From IMG/VR virus record IMGVR_UViG_3300022921_000002, positions 157,448 through 221,447 of that record: a stretch of 64,000 nt of DNA; one strand, written 5' to 3'. The first letter of the stretch is position 1, and every line of letters starts with the position of its first letter. The position numbers and the translations under genes were made by a program. The notes under the pieces are model-generated. The model was not told the DNA's origin, did no database searches, and saw nothing but the letters and a program-made list of their open reading frames with translations. This document shows, piece after piece, positions 28,218-37,241 of the stretch.

Positions 28218-28458
28218 AATTTACGGAACACCAACTTGCGGATATTGTTTGAGAGCAAAAAGACTTGCACAGTCTCACGATATTGTGACAGAATATAAAG
28301 ATATAACCTTTACAAATTTTAGAGAGGAATTGCTTGAACGCAAATCTGATTATACAACGGTTCCTCAAATTTGGTGGCACGGAAAATATATTGGCGGTTA
28401 TAATGAATTAGCTAATGAAATCGAGAACACGAGAAATTTTGGAGATGGTCCTTTTTAA
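28210..28458 (+). CDS. Glutaredoxin
   Basis: CGYC active site, TVPQI, IGGY. Confidence 0.9.
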   Translation: MIEIYGTPTCGYCLRAKRLAQSHDIVTEYKDITFTNFREELLERKSDYTTVPQIWWHGKYIGGYNELANEIENTRNFGDGPF

Positions 28459-28512
28459 CTATTGACATTCCTGTTCTAATAGTGTAGATTAGAATCATCA
28501 AATAAAGGAATC
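28455..28512 (+). promoter_or_regulatory. Early sigma70-type promoter element
   Basis: TTAACTATTGACA, 17 nt, TAGATT (TG just upstream), then AGAATCATCAAATAAAGGA shared with other copies. Confidence 0.8.
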
Positions 28513-28517
28513 ATATT

Positions 28518-28760
28518 ATGACATACACCGTTGAACTCGACATTTCATCCGAAGCTGACCACAAAGAAGTTGTACAATTCGCAGCTGAACATGGCTGCCG
28601 TGTAATTATGCGTGTTGAAGAAGGTCCTGCTGGAGGAAATCCTCTTTACACATTTGGTTCTGAAAATTTTGATATGATCCAAGAATTAACCGAACAAGTA
28701 CTCGGTGCAGGCCACGGATTTGATGAAGAAGAACTTAAAACTATGATCGTGGAGGTATAA
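28518..28760 (+). CDS. Hypothetical early protein
   Basis: Directly behind the promoter element; GPAGGNP motif. Confidence 0.55.
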   Translation: MTYTVELDISSEADHKEVVQFAAEHGCRVIMRVEEGPAGGNPLYTFGSENFDMIQELTEQVLGAGHGFDEEELKTMIVEV

Positions 28761-28762
28761 TA

Positions 28763-28930
28763 ATGTTAGATCAAATGGAATTCGCAAAACGTTTACGTGG
28801 CTTAGCTCGTCGCTCAGATAATTTTGGTAAAGACCGTGAAACTATTCTTGAAGAAATCATTATGATGGCTGAGCATTACGAAACTTGGGCTGAACGTATT
28901 GAAAAGCAAATGGAAATGGAGGCAGCTTAA
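28763..28930 (+). CDS. Hypothetical early protein (55 aa)
   Basis: GGAGG RBS; MLDQMEFAKRLRGL...MEAA. Confidence 0.5.
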   Translation: MLDQMEFAKRLRGLARRSDNFGKDRETILEEIIMMAEHYETWAERIEKQMEMEAA

Positions 28931-29259
28931 TGTCCATGCATATGGTTCGTGGTGTACAAGTCCACGGTAATTCAAAAAAGAAATTAACACCACGTGATAA
29001 AAAAGCGGCGGTCGAGCATGAGAAATGGTTGGCAAAGATGGGTGTTGGTAAAACAAAGGCACGTAATACTAATACTATTCCTGATTATGACACAGGACCA
29101 CGTATGACCTCTGATAAGGTTGCTGGTAACGGTGCTAAAAAAGAAGCAACACAATATACTGGTAATTATATTATCGGTATTGGTCAAATGCATAAATCTA
29201 ACGGTGTTCCTATCACTCGTAAAGAAGATGCGGTTGCAATCGCAAGTATGAGGCGCTAA
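28930..29259 (+). CDS. Hypothetical basic protein
   Basis: YTGNYIIGIGQMHKSNGVPI motif; GGAGG RBS. Confidence 0.55.
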   Translation: MSMHMVRGVQVHGNSKKKLTPRDKKAAVEHEKWLAKMGVGKTKARNTNTIPDYDTGPRMTSDKVAGNGAKKEATQYTGNYIIGIGQMHKSNGVPITRKEDAVAIASMRR

Positions 29260-29462
29260 TGAAACTTACAACTGATATGATTATTGATGATGAGTACATT
29301 ATGTTTGGTGACAAAGTTACTCGTTTTGAGGTTGTGGATAATAAAGGCCGCGCCTATGTAAAACACCGTGTACAAGAGCTAAAGTTTCAACTACAAGATG
29401 ATGGTAGAACACTTAAAGCATTTGTGCGATTTGAAGAAGAGGAGGAAATATCAAATGACTAA
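29259..29462 (+). CDS. Hypothetical protein
   Basis: Coupled ORF; VTRFEVVD motif. Confidence 0.5.
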   Translation: MKLTTDMIIDDEYIMFGDKVTRFEVVDNKGRAYVKHRVQELKFQLQDDGRTLKAFVRFEEEEEISND

Positions 29463-29586
29463 ACTTATTTATGGAACAGCAATAGCATTTGCTCTGGTAC
29501 TATCTAGTTGGTATCTGATCCACATTTGGTCGGATTGTCTTAATGAAAATTCAGTATTTACCTGTATGAGGATGTTAAGTAAATGA
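29455..29586 (+). CDS. Small membrane protein
   Basis: GAGG RBS; single hydrophobic helix. Confidence 0.45.
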   Translation: MTKLIYGTAIAFALVLSSWYLIHIWSDCLNENSVFTCMRMLSK

Positions 29587-30704
29587 AGATAATTATGAAT
29601 ACCGAATCAATCTATAAACGCGATTCAAAAGAAGCAATCCGTGTATGGTTTGGTGAAGTAGGAGTAGATGGTGATACCTATGGTTGGCGCAGTACAGCAG
29701 GTTTGTTGGACGGCAAAAAAGTCACGTCAGGTTGGAAAATAGTTGAGCAAAAAAATGTCGGTAAGGCAAATGAAACCTCACTTGAGGAACAGGCTGTATC
29801 TGAAATGAACTCAGACTATGATAAAAAACTTGAACGTGGCTATTTCAAAACCATTGCTGATATTGATAAATTCACTAAGATCAAACCAATGTTGGCTGCA
29901 AAGTATGAAGATGTTACAATTAACTTTGAAACTCAAAGATATTATACTCAACCAAAATTAGATGGTATTCGGTGTATTGCTCGAGCGGATGGATTGTGGT
30001 CTCGTGGGTTTAAAGAAATCATTAGTGTACCTCATATCCATGAAAGTTTAAAATGGTATTTTGATAAACATCCTGATGCTATTCTTGATGGTGAGTTATA
30101 CAACCATGACCTCCGTGAAAACTTTAATAAGATCACATCGTTGGTCCGCAAAACAAAACCAGAACCTTGGGACATTAAAGACTCAAAAAGATTGGTAGAA
30201 TATCACGTTTATGATCTAATCAGTTCAAATGAAGTATTTTCAAAACGAATTGATGAATTATGCCTATTGGAATTTGACCCGTGTATTCAAGTTGTTAAAA
30301 CAGAAGAAGTACATAGCTTTGAAGAAATTGACGCTAAATATGGTGGATACCTTGAAGCAGGTTACGAAGGACAAATGGTCCGTGCTGATAATGTTTACCA
30401 ACAAAACAAACGGTCAAAGTTTTTACTTAAACGTAAAGAGTTTCTAACTGATGAGTTTACAGTTATCGGTGTTGAAGAAGGTAAAGGTAATTGGTCAGGA
30501 CATATCAAACGGTTTATCCTTGAATTAAAAGATGGTACTCAATTTGGTGCAGGTGTACGTGGCAATCAAGCATTACTTAAAGAAATGTATAACAACAGTG
30601 ATAAACCTAATTGGTGTACTTTACGTTACTTTGCACCAACACCTGATGGCATTCCAAGGTTTCCTGTAGTAATTGATTGGGGAAACGGCGTTCGTGAGGA
30701 CTGA
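29583..30704 (+). CDS. ATP-dependent DNA ligase
   Basis: PMLA, QPKLDGIRC, LDGELY, YEGQMVR, LLKRK, GIPRFP. Confidence 0.92.
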   Translation: MKIIMNTESIYKRDSKEAIRVWFGEVGVDGDTYGWRSTAGLLDGKKVTSGWKIVEQKNVGKANETSLEEQAVSEMNSDYDKKLERGYFKTIADIDKFTKIKPMLAAKYEDVTINFETQRYYTQPKLDGIRCIARADGLWSRGFKEIISVPHIHESLKWYFDKHPDAILDGELYNHDLRENFNKITSLVRKTKPEPWDIKDSKRLVEYHVYDLISSNEVFSKRIDELCLLEFDPCIQVVKTEEVHSFEEIDAKYGGYLEAGYEGQMVRADNVYQQNKRSKFLLKRKEFLTDEFTVIGVEEGKGNWSGHIKRFILELKDGTQFGAGVRGNQALLKEMYNNSDKPNWCTLRYFAPTPDGIPRFPVVIDWGNGVRED

Positions 30705-30731
30705 CATAAATAACTCTATCAAAGGAGTTAT
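30705..30731 (+). promoter_or_regulatory. Late promoter overlapping an RBS-sequestering hairpin
   Basis: CATAAATA 30705-30712; stem ATAACTCT (30710-17) pairs with GGAGTTAT (30724-31), which contains the SD. Confidence 0.6.
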
Positions 30732-30734
30732 ATT

Positions 30735-31157
30735 ATGTGGTTTCATAAAGGTGAAGAATTTACCTCAGAAATGATTAAAGACTATATTGGATTTGTTTAC
30801 TGTATTACGGACAAATCCAATGATAAGAAATACATTGGCAAAAAATTGCTAATGTCAAAAAGGCGCCTACCACCTCTTAAAGGTAAAACCCGTCGACGTA
30901 TTAAAATCGTTGAGACTGATTGGCAAAAATATTATGGTTCATCTGAAGAAGTCAAACTGATGGTTGAAGAAAAAGGCGCCGACAATTTTCATAGAGAAAT
31001 ACTACACCTATGCCATAAGAAAGGTGAGCTCGGATATTTAGAACTCCGGGAGCAAATCTTACGTGATGTTTTATTGCGTGACGATTATTATAATGGAATT
31101 GTCCAAGCAAAAATTCACCGAAACCACATAAAGTCATTGACATATCTTATAGAATAG
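30735..31157 (+). CDS. GIY-YIG family endonuclease
   Basis: GFVYCITDKSNDKKYIGKK...YYGSS...YYN. Confidence 0.8.
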   Translation: MWFHKGEEFTSEMIKDYIGFVYCITDKSNDKKYIGKKLLMSKRRLPPLKGKTRRRIKIVETDWQKYYGSSEEVKLMVEEKGADNFHREILHLCHKKGELGYLELREQILRDVLLRDDYYNGIVQAKIHRNHIKSLTYLIE

Positions 31158-31180
31158 ATTATTATAGTCTAGAATCACAA
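31137..31180 (+). promoter_or_regulatory. Early sigma70-type promoter
   Basis: TTGACA 31137, 17 nt, TATTAT; AGAATCA at 31171. Confidence 0.6.
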
Positions 31181-31190
31181 GGAGATACCA

Positions 31191-31421
31191 ATGATTATCA
31201 AACGCAAATCAGCATACACCGGTCTTACTCGGTCAAAGGATATTCCTGTTGACCCACAAGGCTGGGCAATGTATCAGTCAGGTTACGGCAGTGTTGATGA
31301 ATGTCTTCCGTATCTTACTGATGAAGACCGTGACTTTATTTTGTCAGGTATGATGCCTGATGAATGGAACACTGCTATCAGTGCCGAACTAAAACTAATT
31401 GTGGAAGATACTTTTATATGA
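31191..31421 (+). CDS. Hypothetical protein
   Basis: AAGGAG RBS; PYLTDEDRDFILSG motif. Confidence 0.55.
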   Translation: MIIKRKSAYTGLTRSKDIPVDPQGWAMYQSGYGSVDECLPYLTDEDRDFILSGMMPDEWNTAISAELKLIVEDTFI

Positions 31422-32101
31422 TATTCCTATTTAACGGACCACCCAAATCAGGCAAAGATGCTGCCGCTGATTATTTTAAAGAAAAAGGTTATAAGCACCT
31501 TTCTTTTAAATATCAGTTATATAAAGAAACTTGTAATTACTTTGGATGTAATTATGATTGGTTCATGGAACGATATGACGACCGCTTAGTAAAAGAAGTA
31601 CCTCATATGGATATCGGACATATGTCTTGCCGTGAAGCAATGATCTATGTTTCTGAAATAGTTGTCAAACCAAGAAAAGGTTTGGATTACTTTGGTTTGC
31701 AGGTGGCAAATGAAATTGATTTATCAAAGGATTATGCTATCTCAGATGGCGGTTTTGTTGACGAATTAAAACCTGTTATAAATACTATTGGTTCCGATAA
31801 TTTTATCTTGGTCCAATTGACTCGCGATGGATGTGACTATTCAACCGATTCAAGACGGTATTTTAATGGTAAAGTTGTAGAAGAAATTGTTAACTCTTAT
31901 GCAACACCAATCCAGGCCAAATATGTTTTAGATTATAAGTTTGATGTTAAAACGTACAGGATACATAATAATGGCACGCTCGGAGCTTTTCATAGTGCAT
32001 TAGAAAATATTTATGAAAAGGAAGTAACATATAAAAATGTCAAAGAGCAAAAGTTCAAATGCGACCAAGAAGGAAAAATACTCGAGTCGGATATTCTATG
32101 A
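31418..32101 (+). CDS. Deoxynucleoside monophosphate kinase-like P-loop protein
   Basis: FNGPPKSGKD, HLSFK, ISDGGF. Confidence 0.7.
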   Translation: MIFLFNGPPKSGKDAAADYFKEKGYKHLSFKYQLYKETCNYFGCNYDWFMERYDDRLVKEVPHMDIGHMSCREAMIYVSEIVVKPRKGLDYFGLQVANEIDLSKDYAISDGGFVDELKPVINTIGSDNFILVQLTRDGCDYSTDSRRYFNGKVVEEIVNSYATPIQAKYVLDYKFDVKTYRIHNNGTLGAFHSALENIYEKEVTYKNVKEQKFKCDQEGKILESDIL

Positions 32102-32279
32102 AAATCCATATGACATTGAAACATTTTTCGAAGCTCTTGGTATCGCAGCCGACCACGGTAAAGAATTGCAATACGTAGATCAATTTATTGCACGTATGAA
32201 ATCTGAACCGACGAATGATACGGCAACCACCTGCTTTGAAATCTTAAGAGATTTTGAACTGATTAAATTTGAAGATTAA
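32037..32279 (+). CDS. Hypothetical protein
   Basis: Intact ORF overlapping the upstream gene end. Confidence 0.45.
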   Translation: MSKSKSSNATKKEKYSSRIFYENPYDIETFFEALGIAADHGKELQYVDQFIARMKSEPTNDTATTCFEILRDFELIKFED

Positions 32280-32305
32280 CTAAACTAAAATAGAAAGATT
32301 ATATT

Positions 32306-32557
32306 ATGGACAAGAATGAAATTATTAATGCACTTAAAGTCGGTGTATGCGAAATTACTTTCACAAAAAAGAATGGTGATGAGCGACTAATGTTTGCAAC
32401 ACTCAGTGAAGAGATGTTGCCACCTCAAAAAGATATTGAGGAACAAATCCAAAAGAAAAAACCTAACAGTGATGTTCTCGCGGTTTATGACGTGAAGGCA
32501 CCAGGATGGCGTTCTTTTCGTTGGGATTCATTAAAAGAATTTACAAAAGGAGTTTAA
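32306..32557 (+). CDS. SH3/WYL-like small protein (DUF2693-like)
   Basis: ITFTKKNGDERLMFATL...VYDV...GWRSFR. Confidence 0.65.
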   Translation: MDKNEIINALKVGVCEITFTKKNGDERLMFATLSEEMLPPQKDIEEQIQKKKPNSDVLAVYDVKAPGWRSFRWDSLKEFTKGV

Positions 32558-32560
32558 TAA

Positions 32561-33520
32561 ATGAGCTGTATCTATAAAGGTGTGGTTGAGGAGTCTGAAC
32601 TATCAGGTAAATCCAAAGGTGGTACTGAAATGATGAGAGCACGCCTTATGGACGGAGTAGATCCTGCACTGTTGCAGGAATATGCTATCCACTTGTCACG
32701 TCCGCGTGATATGAAAGGTGATGTTAAAAATATCCTATGGTGCCATGATCTTGCCGAGGATCCTGAAAACAAAATTCTAAAAGAAAAAGGTTGGAATAAT
32801 TTTGACCATATTGTTTTCGTTTCACAATGGCAACGAGATCAGTATATCACTTATTATGGTATACCGCACTCAATGTGCTCGGTAATTCCTAATGCTATTG
32901 AAAAGGATTACAAACCTTCGGAAGAAAAAGATTATGAAACTATTCGTTTTGTATATCATACAACTCCGCACCGTGGTTTGGAATTACTTATTCCTATCTT
33001 TGAACAATTAGCAAAAGAATTTGATAACATCCATCTTGATGTGTTTTCGTCATTTGGTATATATGGTTGGGGTCATAGAGATGAACCTTACCAACCGTTG
33101 TTTGATAAAATTGAAGCACATCCTAAGATGACTTATCATGGATCGGTAAATAACCGTCTTGTATTGGATACATTGGATAAATCTCATATTTTCCTATATC
33201 CAAATACATGGAAAGAAACATCTTGCATCTCGTTAATTGAGGCAATCAAATCAGGTTTGGTTTGTATTCACCCCAACCTTGGCGCACTTACTGAAACCGC
33301 AAGCGGTGCAACAATTTCTTATGATTTCCATGAGAATGCCACACAACATGCGAACGTAGCATATTCTGTCGCAAAAGGTGTACTTAATATGCAACAATCC
33401 GATCCTGACTTTATTCGCCGTTTCACAACAAGTGATAGGTTCAATTTAGCCAGAAATAATATAAATACTTTTACAACAACATGGACACAGCTCCTACGAG
33501 CATTGGCAGTAAATGACTGA
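32561..33520 (+). CDS. GT-B glycosyltransferase (GT4-like)
   Basis: GGTE, LWCHD, FVSQWQ, VIPNAI, PHRGL, ETSCISLIEA. Confidence 0.8.
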   Translation: MSCIYKGVVEESELSGKSKGGTEMMRARLMDGVDPALLQEYAIHLSRPRDMKGDVKNILWCHDLAEDPENKILKEKGWNNFDHIVFVSQWQRDQYITYYGIPHSMCSVIPNAIEKDYKPSEEKDYETIRFVYHTTPHRGLELLIPIFEQLAKEFDNIHLDVFSSFGIYGWGHRDEPYQPLFDKIEAHPKMTYHGSVNNRLVLDTLDKSHIFLYPNTWKETSCISLIEAIKSGLVCIHPNLGALTETASGATISYDFHENATQHANVAYSVAKGVLNMQQSDPDFIRRFTTSDRFNLARNNINTFTTTWTQLLRALAVND

Positions 33521-33872
33521 CAACATCATAGAATTCCCTAAAGTCAATACAAACGTCGAGTCTTTGACGAAAGAACAGTTGCGTTCAGTACTTGACGAGT
33601 ATAAAGAAGAAGTAGCTAATGAAATGTCGGAATTTTTGTTTCGGCACGTCATTGGTGAATTAACAAGGGTGGGGCATAGCTTTGATAAAAATATGGAATA
33701 TTTTATGCCTTCTATGATGATGGTCCTAGAATCAATAAGGTCGTTAGCTTTACAGGCACACGGAATTGAGCACGACTTTCAATCAATCGCAAAAGATATA
33801 CTTGAAATTGAAACAAAAGATATTAACAGTTTTAAAGAAAAAATGGTTGACATTGAGGAAGAGTTAGATTAA
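33513..33872 (+). CDS. Hypothetical protein
   Basis: DNIIEFP N-terminus; coupled ORF. Confidence 0.5.
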   Translation: MTDNIIEFPKVNTNVESLTKEQLRSVLDEYKEEVANEMSEFLFRHVIGELTRVGHSFDKNMEYFMPSMMMVLESIRSLALQAHGIEHDFQSIAKDILEIETKDINSFKEKMVDIEEELD

Positions 33873-33910
33873 TATAGTTTATATAAATCAAATTGAAATG
33901 AGAAAACACA

Positions 33911-34771
33911 ATGGCAATATTAGTAGATTACAACCAAGTTATCCTTGCCTCGCTATTTGCGAGCATCGGTAACCATACGAACATTGATGTAGATGAAAAT
34001 CTTATTCGGCATATGTTCTTAAATTCAATTCGTTCTAACCGTAAAAAGTTTACAAAAGAATACGGTGAGATCGTTATATGTGCTGACGGCAAAAATTCAT
34101 GGCGCCGTGAAGCATTTCCTTATTATAAGGCAAACCGTCGCAAATCACGAGATGAGTCTGAACTCGATTGGAATGTATTATTTGGTATTATGAATACCAT
34201 CCGAGATGAGTTGAAAGAATTCTTTCCATATAAAGTAATTCATATGGATCACTGTGAAGCTGATGATATTATTGGCACTATCTGCCATGACGAAGGTACT
34301 GATTTAAATATCGGTAATGAAAAATACCTTGTTCTATCAGGTGATAAAGATTATATCCAATTACAATCCTATGTGAACGTAGATCAGTATGATCCTGTTC
34401 GTAAACGTTGGATCCGTAATGATAATCCTACAAATTATCTCAATGAGCATATCCTTCGTGGTGATAAAGGTGACGGTGTACCAAATGTCCTGAGTCCTGA
34501 CAATTGCCTTGCAGTAGGCACACGTCAAAAGGCAATGACAAAACCGCGCCTTGAGAAATTACTCAAAGGTACGTCTGAAATGGATGAAGAAACATTGCGT
34601 TGCTTCCACCGTAATAAAATGATGATTGACCTAAGTCAAATCCCTGCTAATTACGTAGAACAAATTCGTTCTGAATGGAAACAACCAAAAGACATCGGAC
34701 GGCAATATCTATTTGATTATTTTGTCAAGCGTAAATTGAAAAACTTAATTACAGATATACAGGATTTTTAA
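33911..34771 (+). CDS. rnh: RNase H / 5'-3' exonuclease (T4 rnh-like)
   Basis: ILVDYNQ, WRREAFPYYKANR, EADDIIG, SGDKDYIQL, GDKGDGVPN. Confidence 0.92.
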   Translation: MAILVDYNQVILASLFASIGNHTNIDVDENLIRHMFLNSIRSNRKKFTKEYGEIVICADGKNSWRREAFPYYKANRRKSRDESELDWNVLFGIMNTIRDELKEFFPYKVIHMDHCEADDIIGTICHDEGTDLNIGNEKYLVLSGDKDYIQLQSYVNVDQYDPVRKRWIRNDNPTNYLNEHILRGDKGDGVPNVLSPDNCLAVGTRQKAMTKPRLEKLLKGTSEMDEETLRCFHRNKMMIDLSQIPANYVEQIRSEWKQPKDIGRQYLFDYFVKRKLKNLITDIQDF

Positions 34772-34775
34772 TAAG

Positions 34776-35204
34776 ATGGCAAAAAAATTAGCAATTTCAG
34801 AAATCATTTCTGAGCTCGGTAATATGGGTAAACCTGAAGAAAAGATTGAGTGGTTGCTGAAAAATGATTCGCAACCACTCCGTGAAATCTTACGGTTGAC
34901 TTATGACAAATCAGTTAAGTGGTTACTACCTGACACTGCTCCGCCTTGGAAAGAAAACGAATATGAAGATGAAGCACGTTTGATGCTTTACCGTGAAATG
35001 CGGCGTATGAAAATCTTTCTTGAAGGTGGCGGATATGACAATTTGAATCAAGTCAAAAGAGAAGGTTTATTCATAAGTTTGCTTGAAGATATATATAATG
35101 AAGATGCCAAACTTTTGGCCAACTATGTTATAGCACAAAAATCATTTAAAGGACTGCGTAAGTCAACCGTAGTCAAAGCATTTCCTGATCTAATAAAAGA
35201 GTAA
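34776..35204 (+). CDS. Conserved hypothetical protein
   Basis: KREGLFISLLE...AFPDLI pattern recalled from marine T4-like phages. Confidence 0.55.
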   Translation: MAKKLAISEIISELGNMGKPEEKIEWLLKNDSQPLREILRLTYDKSVKWLLPDTAPPWKENEYEDEARLMLYREMRRMKIFLEGGGYDNLNQVKREGLFISLLEDIYNEDAKLLANYVIAQKSFKGLRKSTVVKAFPDLIKE

Positions 35205-35209
35205 GAATA

Positions 35210-35386
35210 ATGGCAAAAACGTTTAAGAAATTCCGCGAAGATTATATGGATGATGAATGGGGTGATGAAGACGAAACAGTTACCAACAAGGAACGTCGTA
35301 TGAAGAACCGCCGTGATAGGAAAAAAACTAAACGCAATGAACGCAATGAAACATTTTTAGAAAAAAATGATTTAAAAAGAAATTAA
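35210..35386 (+). CDS. Small charged protein (58 aa)
   Basis: Manually translated MAKTFKKFREDYMDDEW...DLKRN. Confidence 0.5.
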   Translation: MAKTFKKFREDYMDDEWGDEDETVTNKERRMKNRRDRKKTKRNERNETFLEKNDLKRN

Positions 35387-35446
35387 CTATTGACATTTGA
35401 GTACAAATAGTGTAGATTGATTCTATAAGGTAAAACAAAAGGAATC
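35368..35446 (+). promoter_or_regulatory. Early promoter element with TTAA-N7-TTAAC site
   Basis: TTAA 35372, N7, TTAAC 35383; TTGACA 35390, 17 nt, TAGATT 35413; GANTC at 35419 and 35442. Confidence 0.75.
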
Positions 35447-35452
35447 AATCTT

Positions 35453-35839
35453 ATGGGTACTTCATCAATGATCGCAAACTACAACGAAGACGGTACAGTT
35501 ACAGCAACATATTGCCATTACGATGGTTATCTTGCTTATAACGGCCGTCTTCTTTTTGAATCATATAACACTCCTGAAAAAGCAAAAGCTGTTGCTAATG
35601 CAGGTTATATCTCAGCTTTAAAAGAAGACTTGCAAACATCTTTAGATGAGTCAGTACATTCAAACCAATCTCCTGTAACATACAATTCAGTTGAAGATTT
35701 TCTGGCAAATGGCCGTGAATACGCTTGTGCTGATTACCTTTACCTGTTTGATGGTGACGCATGGTTCTTTGTTTCAACTATGAATGAAGGTCCATGGTTG
35801 ATGGAAGAAGTTGAAATGAATTTAGCGGTGGAGGCATAA
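35453..35839 (+). CDS. Hypothetical early protein
   Basis: MGTSSMI...YCHYDGY...YLYLF motif; behind the promoter. Confidence 0.6.
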   Translation: MGTSSMIANYNEDGTVTATYCHYDGYLAYNGRLLFESYNTPEKAKAVANAGYISALKEDLQTSLDESVHSNQSPVTYNSVEDFLANGREYACADYLYLFDGDAWFFVSTMNEGPWLMEEVEMNLAVEA

Positions 35840-35915
35840 ATTTGAAATTAAATCAAATTAACCATTGACATTCTCCGTAGAATCAGTTATATTAGAATCA
35901 TCAAATAAAGGAAAA
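35839..35915 (+). repeat. 77-bp promoter/stem-loop repeat, copy 1
   Basis: 72/77 identical to 44950-45026; contains AATTTGA/TCAAATT stem, TTGACA-17-TATATT, two GAATC and the SD. Confidence 0.9.
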
Positions 35916-35920
35916 ACCAA

Positions 35921-36286
35921 ATGACTACACAATTTAAAAACTTTGATCGCAAAAACCTGAAATCACTTCGTCAAGAAATGAGTGCACTACTTGCATCTTA
36001 TGGTGTATCAAGCAACCTTGATATTGAAGTTGGCAATATGTCTTTCAGTGATGCTGAAGTAAATATCAAAGTTTCAGCAAAAGTTAAAGGTGCGGTTACT
36101 ATGACTGATCGCATTCTTCAAATGGAAGTTGACCGTTTGGGTCTTTCTATGAAAAACCGTGATGGTGATGAACTCATTGAGTACAAATCCCGCTCACCAA
36201 AATATGCCTTTGTTTTCCGTTGTGGTAAAACTGGCAAAATGTTTAAAACCGATGAGCGTTCTGCAATCCGGCGGTTCGCATCCTAA
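35921..36286 (+). CDS. Hypothetical early protein
   Basis: Directly behind the repeat promoter and RBS. Confidence 0.6.
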   Translation: MTTQFKNFDRKNLKSLRQEMSALLASYGVSSNLDIEVGNMSFSDAEVNIKVSAKVKGAVTMTDRILQMEVDRLGLSMKNRDGDELIEYKSRSPKYAFVFRCGKTGKMFKTDERSAIRRFAS

Positions 36287-36301
36287 GAAAGGAAATATAT
36301 T

Positions 36302-36883
36302 ATGAATAAACGTGAAAAATTAATTTTAGTCGACTGTGATGGTGTATTGCTTGATTGGCAATACTCCTTCTATCAATGGATGGAAGCTCGTGGTCATTAC
36401 GCAAAAGACATTGCTGAATATGATATGGGTCAAGTTTTTGATATGTCATATGACAAAGCAAAAGAAATGTGTGAGTACTTTAACTGCTCTGCTGCAATCG
36501 GTTGGTTATCACCATTCCGTGATGCAAAGAAATATGTTAAAAAACTCAATGAAGATCACGGGTACATCTTCCATTGTATCACTTCACTGTCGACTGACAA
36601 ATATGCTGGTAAGCTTCGGATGAAAAACCTTGAAGCAGTATTCGGTAAAAAAGTGTTTGAAGAACTTATCTGCCTACCATGTGGTGGTGATAAAGATAGT
36701 GCTCTTGAAGCATACCGTGACTCAGGTTGTTTTTGGGTTGAAGATAAACCTGAGAACGCCGTAACCGGTTCTAAATTTGGTCTTGAATCACTGTTGATTG
36801 AACATCCACACAATAAAGATTTTTCTCACACTGATGTGGTAAATGTTAAAAATTGGCGTGAAATCTATGATCTTATTGTATAA
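36302..36883 (+). CDS. HAD-superfamily 5'(3')-nucleotidase-like protein
   Basis: LVDCDGVLLDW, CITSLS, WVEDKPEN. Confidence 0.75.
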   Translation: MNKREKLILVDCDGVLLDWQYSFYQWMEARGHYAKDIAEYDMGQVFDMSYDKAKEMCEYFNCSAAIGWLSPFRDAKKYVKKLNEDHGYIFHCITSLSTDKYAGKLRMKNLEAVFGKKVFEELICLPCGGDKDSALEAYRDSGCFWVEDKPENAVTGSKFGLESLLIEHPHNKDFSHTDVVNVKNWREIYDLIV

Positions 36884-36886
36884 ATA
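36879..36886 (+). promoter_or_regulatory. T4-type late promoter
   Basis: TATAAATA upstream of the phoH-PAAR-fibre block. Confidence 0.65.
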
Positions 36887-36915
36887 ATGCTAACAGATGT
36901 TAGTTAGATTATGTG

Positions 36916-36942
36916 AAGGCAATCTGTTAAGGTTGCCTTTTT
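36916..36942 (+). terminator. Intrinsic terminator-like hairpin
   Basis: AAGGCAATC-TGTTAA-GGTTGCCTT followed by TTT. Confidence 0.55.
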
Positions 36943-36961
36943 CCATTTTAAAGGAGTATGA

Positions 36962-37222
36962 ATGCCTGTATATAGTTTTGAGAATAAAGAAACGAATGAA
37001 CAATTTGAATTGACAATGAGTATGGCTGAACGAGAGCCGTACCTAGAAGCAAACCCCAATATAAAACAGATATTTACGAAATTTCCGGGAATCGGTGACC
37101 CGGCACGTCTCGGCATTAAAAAAGTTGACGACGGTTTTAAAGATGTGCTTAAAAATGTAAAGAAGCATCATCCAGGTTCAATTAAAAAGGATGGTGCAAA
37201 AAATAAAATTAACACATGGTAA
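36962..37222 (+). CDS. FmdB-like small protein
   Basis: MPVYSFENKETNEQFE...YLEANP; AAGGAG RBS. Confidence 0.55.
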   Translation: MPVYSFENKETNEQFELTMSMAEREPYLEANPNIKQIFTKFPGIGDPARLGIKKVDDGFKDVLKNVKKHHPGSIKKDGAKNKINTW

Positions 37223-37241
37223 TACACCATTAGGAGGTTTC

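Noticed and set aside
35848-35862. TTAA-N6-TTAAC in the 77-bp repeats as a full CtrA site
   Set aside because: Spacing is 6 rather than 7; counted only as a TTAACCAT half-site
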